This document shows positions 1-5,767 of a DNA stretch of 64,000 nt, in pieces (position 1 is the first letter of the stretch; every line of letters begins with the position of its first letter). The translations under genes and the position numbers were made by a program. Origin of the DNA: a virus (lineage: Duplodnaviria > Caudoviricetes); the IMG/VR virus record IMGVR_UViG_3300027974_001530. One strand, given 5' to 3'. Below the pieces are notes generated by a model. That model was not told the origin of the DNA, did no database searches, and saw nothing but the letters and a program-made list of their open reading frames with translations.

Positions 1-13
1 TAAATATATTTTG

Positions 14-88
14 TGGTCCCAGCAGGACTCGAACCTGCGACCCCTTGATTATGAGTCAAGTGCTACTAACCAACTGAGCTATAGGACC
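14..88 (-). tRNA. tRNA(CAU), most likely Ile2 (lysidine type)
   Basis: Cloverleaf GGUCCUA/UGGGACC, loop CU-CAU-AA; C4:G69 and C5:G68 as in TilS substrates; paired 1:72, so not an initiator. Confidence 0.85.
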
Positions 89-93
89 TTTGA

Positions 94-167
94 TGTCAGG
101 GTGGGATTCGAACCCACAATGAGCAACCATAAAGGACTCGGCACCATGCCTCATTACACTCCTGACA
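94..167 (-). ncRNA. tRNA-like RNA (copy 1), no canonical anticodon arm
   Basis: 7-bp acceptor UGUCAGG/CCUGACA and perfect T-arm GUGGG-UUCGAAU-CCCAC; core is paralogous to 1883-1957. Confidence 0.65.
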
Positions 168-272
168 AACAACGACTCTTCAGCATTCTACTCCCCGCAC
201 ATACATAAATGTAACACGAAATTGTATCTAATTTAACCCTACGTTGGCGGTACGGGTACTGAAGTTTATCAT

Positions 273-359
273 TGGTACTCGAAGAGGGACTCGAACCCTC
301 ACAACCCACTGGTCAACAGAGCTTAAACCTGTCGTGTCTACCAATTCCACCATCCGAGC
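273..359 (-). tRNA. tRNA-Leu(UAA)
   Basis: Class II cloverleaf, loop UU-UAA-GC, encoded CCA. Confidence 0.93.
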
Positions 360-449
360 ATTTTAAAGAGTTATTTTCTCTTTCTTACCATAAAGATAAA
401 CAAAACAAATAATACAAATAATATTGGTGTCATAATTTTTTAATATTTG

Positions 450-523
450 TAGTCAGGACAGGACTCGAACCTGCAATCTCCCCAACATTCTGTCGGGGCG
501 CGTTACCAATTAGCCACCTGACT
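450..523 (-). ncRNA. tRNA-like RNA with 7-bp anticodon stem and 5-nt loop (AGAAU)
   Basis: Acceptor AGUCAGG/CCUGACU, T-arm GCAGG-UUCGAGU-CCUGU, arm CCCCGAC-AGAAU-GUUGGGG. Confidence 0.65.
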
Positions 524-531
524 AAATATTG

Positions 532-670
532 TTGATAGTGATGGAGTACCCTTCTCGCTCCAATCTTAACTGCGTCTTCTGAGTTTTCTCAGGGCCCCGG
601 CAGAGGGTGCTGAATTCCTGATCCACTCTGGATTGTCGACATCCGTTGAGGTGGGGAAAACCACTATCAA
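532..670 (-). ncRNA. Candidate structured ncRNA (~140 nt)
   Basis: GC-rich island closed by 9-bp TTGATAGTG/CACTATCAA; internal hairpins CUGAG-AAAA-CUCAG and CAGAG/CUCUG. Confidence 0.5.
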
Positions 671-674
671 TATT

Positions 675-683
675 TCAAAGAAC
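675..683 (-). promoter_or_regulatory. boxA-like antitermination site
   Basis: GTTCTTTGA on the transcribed strand; also at 2651-2659 and 7139-7147. Confidence 0.5.
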
Positions 684-690
684 TCTCTTT

Positions 691-766
691 TGGCGGAGAT
701 TACGGGAGTCGAACCCGCTCCGAACGCCGTGACAGGGCGACATCTTAACCATTTGACCTAATCTCC
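691..766 (-). tRNA. tRNA-Asp(GUC)
   Basis: Cloverleaf, loop CU-GUC-AC, G73, encoded CCA. Confidence 0.93.
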
Positions 767-826
767 AATAACCACACTTTAAAACCGTAGAGGTACAACT
801 TGTGTGCTATGTTGTTCATTTCATTG

Positions 827-898
827 TAGTCCCACCGGGAGTCGAACCCGACTTTCCAGGATGAAAACCTGGCGACCTAACCGATAGTCGATGGGACC
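827..898 (-). tRNA. tRNA-Glu(UUC)
   Basis: Cloverleaf, stem CCAGG/CCUGG, loop UU-UUC-AU. Confidence 0.93.
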
Positions 899-909
899 AT
901 TTTGTTTTA

Positions 910-1191
910 TTACAAACCTAACATTTCACCAACTTTTTTGAAATGTTTTTCAATTTTATTCAAAGAGGAGGTAGCCTTTTGTTTGGTTTTGAAGTACACG
1001 TAGAACTGACCACTTTCAGAATCAAATTCACCATCAATCTTTAAGACATTCTGAACAAAACTTTCAAACTCATATGCGTCTTCCCATTCACGGATTGTGT
1101 TTTTGTTTGGGTATCCTGTCAAACAATAATCATATCCCTCAATCTTTATAATTCTTAAACCTACTGTTTTAATTGTCTCTGTGTTTGTCAT
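910..1191 (-). CDS. Hypothetical protein
   Basis: 93-aa ORF directly behind a Bacteroidota-type promoter. Confidence 0.75.
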   Translation of the reverse strand: MTNTETIKTVGLRIIKIEGYDYCLTGYPNKNTIREWEDAYEFESFVQNVLKIDGEFDSESGQFYVYFKTKQKATSSLNKIEKHFKKVGEMLGL

Positions 1192-1208
1192 AGTTCTTTA
1201 TTTTTGTT

Positions 1209-1242
1209 CTACAAAGATATGTAATCTATTTTGATCTACCAA
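1209..1242 (-). promoter_or_regulatory. Bacteroidota sigma-A type promoter
   Basis: TTTGGTAG...TATCTTTG, matching TTTG-N19-21-TAnnTTTG. Confidence 0.7.
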
Positions 1243-1250
1243 ATCTTTTT

Positions 1251-1406
1251 TTAAATTTTTTTGTGGGACCCGCTCCCCACCCTAAACTTGTACTTCGTTC
1301 TATTAAGCGTTTTTTTCAGTTTCTTCAACCAGTCAGTATTCGTGTTAACTCTAATCATTTTAACTTTCGATGACTCTGAGGTTCCTGATAAAACTTCTCT
1401 CATCAT
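1251..1406 (-). CDS. Possible small basic protein (51 aa)
   Basis: Manually read ORF MMREVLSG...GSHKKI filling the gap between tRNAs. Confidence 0.3.
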   Translation of the reverse strand: MMREVLSGTSESSKVKMIRVNTNTDWLKKLKKTLNRTKYKFRVGSGSHKKI

Positions 1407-1428
1407 TCATTTGTATTAATTGTTTATT

Positions 1429-1501
1429 TGGTGGACACTGTGGGAATCGAACCCATACGATCTGATTGCAAATCAGTCGACCTGCCGTCGGCATCAGGCC
1501 C
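1429..1501 (-). tRNA. tRNA-Ala(UGC), divergent
   Basis: Loop UU-UGC-AA, G3:U70 Ala identity pair, A73, encoded CCA; imperfect acceptor stem. Confidence 0.8.
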
Positions 1502-1506
1502 ATTTG

Positions 1507-1578
1507 TGCGGGTAGAATGAATCGAACACTCGTCTCCACATTGGAAGTGTGGAGTAATAACCATTATACGATACCCGC
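1507..1578 (-). tRNA. tRNA-Gly(UCC)
   Basis: Cloverleaf, stem CCACA/UGUGG, loop CU-UCC-AA. Confidence 0.92.
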
Positions 1579-1584
1579 TTATTG

Positions 1585-1665
1585 TACTGACGGTTGGATT
1601 CGAACCAACGTTTTAAACTTACCACTACAGTCATAGACGATATAAGCGTCCACTGGTACGTCAGC
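1585..1665 (-). ncRNA. tRNA-like RNA lacking a D-arm, with a CU-UAU-AU loop
   Basis: Acceptor GCUGACG/CGUCAGU, T-arm GUUGG/CCAAC, hairpin GGACG-CUUAUAU-CGUCU nested in UACCA/UGGUA. Confidence 0.6.
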
Positions 1666-1671
1666 ATTTAG

Positions 1672-1742
1672 TAGCGGATTCAGGGCTCGAACCTGGCCTC
1701 AGGGTTATGAGCCCCGTGTGCTACCAATTACACTAAACCGCA
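1672..1742 (-). tRNA. Initiator tRNA-fMet(CAU)
   Basis: CU-CAU-AA loop, three G-C pairs at the base of the anticodon stem, 1:72 mismatch. Confidence 0.85.
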
Positions 1743-1747
1743 ATATG

Positions 1748-1869
1748 TAGGTAAAACAGGATTCGAACCTGTACGATATAGTTCCCTTTTCAAGAGACAT
1801 CCCCAGCTATATCTCGGTGACTTCTTACGGGGAATAAACCTAAGCGTCTGCCAATTCCGCCACTTACCT
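1748..1869 (-). ncRNA. Enlarged (122 nt) Leu-like tRNA-like RNA
   Basis: Acceptor AGGUAAG/UUUACCU, Leu-type D-arm GCG-GAAUUGGCAGA-CGC, T-arm ACAGG/CCUGU, ~70-nt core with GAUAUAG/CUAUAUC stem and no clean anticodon arm. Confidence 0.6.
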
Positions 1870-1882
1870 ATTTAAAATTTTT

Positions 1883-1957
1883 TTGTCAGGGCCGGACTCG
1901 AACCGGATAAGCAACCTATAGGATTCGGGCACCGTCCCTCATTACGCCCACCTGACA
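1883..1957 (-). ncRNA. tRNA-like RNA (copy 2), paralog of 94-167
   Basis: Acceptor UGUCAGG/CCUGACA, T-loop UUCGAGU, shared core GUAAUGAGG..GGUGCC..GA.UCC..GGUUGCU. Confidence 0.65.
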
Positions 1958-1969
1958 AATTTATGTAGT

Positions 1970-2054
1970 TAGTAGTTGACTCACACTCTTGTTTCACCAT
2001 CTTGAGCCAACAGGTTAATGTACTTTACAAGTTTCCCGTTTCTTACAACCACTA
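1970..2054 (-). ncRNA. Candidate structured RNA (85 nt)
   Basis: 9-bp closing stem UAGUGGUUG/CAACUACUA and inner CUUGU/ACAAG. Confidence 0.35.
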
Positions 2055-2086
2055 TATTTTTATTTCAATGAACTTCTTCTGTCTTC

Positions 2087-2125
2087 ACGGGAGTAGGACA
2101 CCAACCTCTCACTTCCTACCCCCGT
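2087..2125 (-). other. 12-bp GC-rich hairpin at the predicted transcript 5' end
   Basis: ACGGGGGUAGGA/UCCUACUCCCGU just downstream of promoter 2136-2170. Confidence 0.5.
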
Positions 2126-2135
2126 TGTTTGTCTT

Positions 2136-2170
2136 ACAAATATACAAGGTTTTTTCTAATCTACCAAACT
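2136..2170 (-). promoter_or_regulatory. Bacteroidota sigma-A type promoter
   Basis: TTTGGTAG...TATATTTG. Confidence 0.7.
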
Positions 2171-2321
2171 TTTTTTGTGTTTTTCTTTCCTTGTGTAATT
2201 ATTTTTTAAATCCATAGATCTAGTAACAAATCTACCATCAAAAAAACCTTGTTCTTTTTGAGCAACCCTTTGACTACCCAAGATCATCTTATGTACGATA
2301 TTTTTTTCCTTTGTTTTCATT

Positions 2322-2612
2322 TTAACAGTATCTTAAAATTTGAGTAATTAATTTATTTATATCCTCTTTAGTCTGATAACCCAAAACATCATTAGTTATT
2401 TTTGTGTCATAAGAAATTTCCCAATCATCTTTTGTTCCTTTAATAACGGCGACCTCATAATCATCATCATCTGAAGTATATGATCCACCCCCACCAAAAG
2501 GAGATTTAAATCTTACAACCGAGATTCCGTATCCTCCAGGAAAAAACAGTAATCCGTGAACCCCATTACCAATACCATGTGGTTTAAACTCTATATCATC
2601 AAATGTTATCAT
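2322..2612 (-). CDS. Hypothetical protein
   Basis: ORF track 2322-2654; start moved to MITFDD, which follows TATCTTTG at 2617-2624. Confidence 0.75.
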   Translation of the reverse strand: MITFDDIEFKPHGIGNGVHGLLFFPGGYGISVVRFKSPFGGGGSYTSDDDDYEVAVIKGTKDDWEISYDTKITNDVLGYQTKEDINKLITQILRYC

Positions 2613-2658
2613 AAAACAAAGATACTGTTTATTTTTTAATTTCCAAAATTTCAAAGAA

Positions 2659-2691
2659 CAAAAAAACCCACCTCTTTTGGAGATGGGTTTT
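2659..2691 (-). terminator. Intrinsic terminator (attenuator 2)
   Basis: AAAACCCAUCUC-CAAAA-GAGGUGGGUUUUUUU, followed by a boxA-like GTTCTTTGA. Confidence 0.85.
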
Positions 2692-2715
2692 CAAAATTTA
2701 TTATGTGTTAAATTA

Positions 2716-2790
2716 TCATACCATCTCCTTATAGGAACGATCCTCAGCTATCGCCAATCCGCCTAATAATATGATATGTAAATTTTTCAT
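2716..2790 (-). CDS. Putative attenuator leader peptide 2 (MKNLHIILLGGLAIAEDRSYKEMV)
   Basis: 24-aa ORF between an ATATTTATAA motif and a terminator; its 3' end GGAGAUGG is complementary to the terminator arm CCAUCUCC. Confidence 0.75.
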   Translation of the reverse strand: MKNLHIILLGGLAIAEDRSYKEMV

Positions 2791-2850
2791 TTGCGTTTTT
2801 ATTTGTTTTGTTATAAATATATGATACTTTTTAAAAGTGTCAAGTTTTAT

Positions 2851-3183
2851 TTAATAATTTCCATCTTCATCGTCGTAATCTTCATCTTCTTCACCAACTA
2901 TTGCGTAGTTAAGTTCATCAAGAATTACATTAACAGGGATCTCATCACCTTCTTCATTATAAAACATACCTTCAGTTCCATACTCAGAATAGTCAACAAG
3001 AGTAGACCCCTCTTCAACAAGTTCATTATACATGTCAATGACATCTTGTGGGTTAGCACTTTTTCCAAGTTCCATTCTAACACCCTCATACATACTTGGG
3101 ATACGAATCATACCCTCTTTATTTTCATTAATTACACGTTTAACAATACGTGATAAGTCTCTTTCTGTTAATCTATTTCTCAT
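2851..3183 (-). CDS. Acidic protein with LTExDL leader
   Basis: MRNRLTERDLSRIVKRVINE leader; paralogous C-terminus with 3207-3539. Confidence 0.85.
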   Translation of the reverse strand: MRNRLTERDLSRIVKRVINENKEGMIRIPSMYEGVRMELGKSANPQDVIDMYNELVEEGSTLVDYSEYGTEGMFYNEEGDEIPVNVILDELNYAIVGEEDEDYDDEDGNY

Positions 3184-3206
3184 TTTTATGTTTTTTATAT
3201 TTTTTA

Positions 3207-3539
3207 TTATGCATATTCTTCATCATCAAAGTCTTCGTCCTCATCGGCATTATAAAAACCTTCTTGGTTTAATAATTTTTCAATTTCATCAGCTAAATCT
3301 TCATTATTATCAGCATATAACGCCTCAATAATATCAAATTCATCCATTGAATTGATTTCTTCAATGTCATATCCACATTCATTTTCAAGGAAATCTCTCG
3401 CCTCTTCAATTAACTCTTGAAGTTCTTCACTATAGTACGGATCATACATACTTCTGTCTTTATAGTTGTCATTTTCATTAATTACACGTTTAACAATTCT
3501 TGTTAAATCTGATTCTGTTAGTCTAATTACTTTTTTCAT
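3207..3539 (-). CDS. Acidic protein with LTExDL leader
   Basis: MKKVIRLTESDLTRIVKRVINE leader; TATTTAT upstream. Confidence 0.85.
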   Translation of the reverse strand: MKKVIRLTESDLTRIVKRVINENDNYKDRSMYDPYYSEELQELIEEARDFLENECGYDIEEINSMDEFDIIEALYADNNEDLADEIEKLLNQEGFYNADEDEDFDDEEYA

Positions 3540-3578
3540 TAAATGTTTTATTAATAAATATTCAATATACGATTTAAA

Positions 3579-3821
3579 TCACCACTTTCTTTTTTTATCA
3601 AGTTTTTTTGTTTTTTGATCCTCGATCATAGTTGCGTACTCATCTTTGGTTAATCTTTTAAAAGACTCATTATCCACATTACCAAATCTTTTTTTTGCAC
3701 TCGCCATTACTTGGATGAAGTTCTTACTCCACAAAATATTTGACCCTGCGACTTTACCGTTTTGAATTATATCAAAAACGTATAGGTATTCTCCTTCTTT
3801 ATTTTTCATCAACTTTTCCAT
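3579..3821 (-). CDS. Hypothetical protein
   Basis: ORF track 3579-3953 trimmed to MEKLMK because the upstream part overlaps tRNAs. Confidence 0.65.
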   Translation of the reverse strand: MEKLMKNKEGEYLYVFDIIQNGKVAGSNILWSKNFIQVMASAKKRFGNVDNESFKRLTKDEYATMIEDQKTKKLDKKRKW

Positions 3822-3840
3822 CTTCACTTTTTTTTGTTTG

Positions 3841-3914
3841 TACCTCCGGCAGGACTCGAACCTGCAAAATTCACTTTCTAAGAGTGACGTGTATACCAAT
3901 TCCACCACGAAGGC
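3841..3914 (-). tRNA. tRNA-Leu(UAG), short variable loop
   Basis: Leu-type D-arm, loop CU-UAG-AA, variable region only AUUUU. Confidence 0.88.
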
Positions 3915-3921
3915 ATTTTTG

Positions 3922-3994
3922 AGCTCAGGGAGGGATTCGAACCCCCGTACCAAGGTTTTGCAGACCTGGGCCTAAACCACTCGACCACCTGAGC
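3922..3994 (-). tRNA. tRNA-Cys(GCA)
   Basis: Loop CU-GCA-AA, U73. Confidence 0.92.
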
Positions 3995-3996
3995 AA

Positions 3997-4452
3997 TTAA
4001 CGGCAGTGGTGATCTGCCGCTCTTGTTGCAATTTGATTGTCAGGTTTAATATTTGCTTTATAACCTAACGACGTTGCCCACCCAACAACAGGAGAAACAA
4101 GTTTTGAACTGTAATGTTTATCTTCACAATTATAATCCAAATCTATTTCAACCTTAACTTTTACTTTTTGAGTTAACCATTCGGCAACCTCAATTGAATA
4201 ATCGGCTTCATTCCAAAGACGTGTCCACTTGTCTTTTATTTTTTTCACTTTTTGTTTGTGTAGGATGTAGTGAACACCACGATTACCATACCTGTAAGCA
4301 ATTACCGTAACATATACGGTACTTCTTCTATGGTTTTGTGAATCGGTTCCAATATGGATCTCAACCCATGGACATTCCTTTAAAACATCTAAGGTGTGTT
4401 TAACCACATCAGGTATCGCTTCACCATTAATTGTCCTAAATACTCTGTTCAT
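3997..4452 (-). CDS. RNase H-like protein (YkuK/DUF458-like)
   Basis: Motifs IHIGTDSQ, RLWNEADYS, EIDLDYN, RAADH. Confidence 0.7.
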   Translation of the reverse strand: MNRVFRTINGEAIPDVVKHTLDVLKECPWVEIHIGTDSQNHRRSTVYVTVIAYRYGNRGVHYILHKQKVKKIKDKWTRLWNEADYSIEVAEWLTQKVKVKVEIDLDYNCEDKHYSSKLVSPVVGWATSLGYKANIKPDNQIATRAADHHCR

Positions 4453-4468
4453 TATTTCTTTTTATTTG

Positions 4469-4541
4469 TGGACAGAGAGGGTGTCGAACCCCCGACTCCA
4501 GGATCTTCAATCCTGAGCTCTACCAACTGAGCTACCTGTCC
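4469..4541 (-). tRNA. tRNA-Phe(GAA)
   Basis: Cloverleaf, loop UU-GAA-GA. Confidence 0.93.
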
Positions 4542-4548
4542 TTCTTCA

Positions 4549-4601
4549 GGGAGGACTTGGTTGAGGTATCCTAATGGTTCTACCCTCAACTCTCGCCTCC
4601 C
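4549..4601 (-). other. GC-rich two-helix hairpin between CDS and tRNA-Phe
   Basis: GGGAGG/CCUCCC plus GUUGAG/CUCAAC. Confidence 0.45.
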
Positions 4602-4604
4602 GTC

Positions 4605-5099
4605 TTATTTAACTTCAAACGCATGAAGTAATACACGTTTTTTCTTGGTTGAATCCTCGTGGTTACCAATTACCACACCATCTTTGATTGTGAAAGCGTG
4701 ACGACTAACTAACATAAAGAATGTCCCAATAGGGTTTTGTTTTGTAAATGTACCCACAGTCATTTTACGTTTAACTCTCTCACCCTTTACTTTAACATCG
4801 TACTCCAAAGTGTGTCTACGGTAATTGTTTAATTTACCAACACACTTAACTTTTTTGTAGTTTACTTGACTTCTATTTTCTGCAAGTTTAGTCATTTTAT
4901 CTACAGTACCATAAGTACCGTTACGATCTCTACGACCAAAATTTTCTCTAACGTATTTGTGAGCGTAATCGTAAGACACATCAAAACAAGATGCAAATGC
5001 TCTTACAACACAATCGTTGGTTTCATTTTTTGCGATTGCAGATTCTTCATAACCTTTAATGGCTTTTCCTGTATTACAATATGGTAGTGCGTCTTTCAT
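4605..5099 (-). CDS. Hypothetical protein (NDCVVRA...H motif, possibly papain-like fold)
   Basis: 164-aa ORF; host-type promoter at 5101-5134. Confidence 0.75.
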   Translation of the reverse strand: MKDALPYCNTGKAIKGYEESAIAKNETNDCVVRAFASCFDVSYDYAHKYVRENFGRRDRNGTYGTVDKMTKLAENRSQVNYKKVKCVGKLNNYRRHTLEYDVKVKGERVKRKMTVGTFTKQNPIGTFFMLVSRHAFTIKDGVVIGNHEDSTKKKRVLLHAFEVK

Positions 5100-5145
5100 A
5101 CTGTAAAGATACGAAATTTTTTTTAACTGGCAAAATTAATTTTTG

Positions 5146-5216
5146 CACATGGTGTTAGAATCGAACTAACCCGTCGAGGTTTTGGAGACCTGACCGACAC
5201 CTTGTCTGTACCATGT
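5146..5216 (-). tRNA. tRNA-Trp(CCA)
   Basis: Loop CU-CCA-AA, G73, short D-loop. Confidence 0.88.
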
Positions 5217-5224
5217 GTGTTTTG

Positions 5225-5297
5225 TACCCCCACAGAGATTCAAACTCCGATCTTTCCCTTAGAAGGGGAACGTCCTGTTCAGTTGGACGATGGGGGC
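5225..5297 (-). tRNA. tRNA-Arg(UCU)
   Basis: Stem UUCCC/GGGAA, loop CU-UCU-AA. Confidence 0.92.
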
Positions 5298-5301
5298 AAA
5301 T

Positions 5302-5478
5302 AAAAGATGATAAATGACTTTATCAGGAATCTGGGGTTCGTATCACTACGACGCTTCACACACCATTAGAGAGTTGGGTTGTTACATCAATACAATTAAG
5401 ATTGAATACCTTTCCTTAGTGTGTACCCTTACGACACGTCTCTCCACGTCTGTCATTCTACGTTTCTTATCATCTTTT
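5302..5478 (-). ncRNA. Candidate structured ncRNA (~175 nt)
   Basis: Perfect 12-bp closing stem AAAAGAUGAUAA/UUAUCAUCUUUU, then AAUGAC/GUCAUU, hairpins ACGU/ACGU and UCGUA/UACGA. Confidence 0.55.
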
Positions 5479-5479
5479 G

Positions 5480-5552
5480 TACCTTCGGCGAGACTCAAAC
5501 TCACATCTTGTGGTCCGTAGCCACAGGTTCTATTCTATTTAACTACGAAGGT
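5480..5552 (-). tRNA. tRNA-Arg(ACG)
   Basis: Stem UGUGG/CCACA, loop CU-ACG-GA. Confidence 0.92.
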
Positions 5553-5568
5553 AATTAAAGAATTTTGG

Positions 5569-5643
5569 TCAACCACTCGCATCCCACCAATCTCTTGTAT
5601 CAAACTTTCTGTAGTCCAAACGATAACATCTCCTACTACTCAT
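5569..5643 (-). CDS. Possible micro-ORF MSSRRCYRLDYRKFDTRDWWDASG
   Basis: Manually read 24-aa ORF between tRNA-His and tRNA-Arg(ACG). Confidence 0.3.
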   Translation of the reverse strand: MSSRRCYRLDYRKFDTRDWWDASG

Positions 5644-5687
5644 TCTCAACTCACTTGCCTAAGCCTTGTCCGTTGTAAATTCTTTTG

Positions 5688-5761
5688 GGTGAATGGTGGG
5701 TTTCGATCCCACTACTTTCGGCTTCACAAACCGACGCTCTCCCGATTGAGCTACAAACACC
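5688..5761 (-). tRNA. tRNA-His(GUG)
   Basis: Loop UU-GUG-AA, G-1:C73 pair. Confidence 0.9.
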
Positions 5762-5767
5762 ATATAG

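Noticed and set aside
532-670. Hammerhead ribozyme or tmRNA
   Set aside because: No CUGANGA/GAAA core in the right topology, no tmRNA 5' GGGG..UCGAC motif and no tag ORF.
1429-1501. Reading this tRNA as Cys from the TTGCAAA loop on the + strand
   Set aside because: T-loop and CCA orientation place it on the minus strand, where the loop is UU-UGC-AA with G3:U70, i.e. Ala.
164-2133. 11-bp complementarity between 164-174 and 2123-2133 as a long-range processing stem
   Set aside because: A match of this length is expected by chance in about 2 kb of AT-rich sequence.
5557-5685. ncRNA closed by AAAGAATTT/AAATTCTTT
   Set aside because: The closing stem is AT-only and the interior pairs poorly; kept only as a possible micro-ORF.
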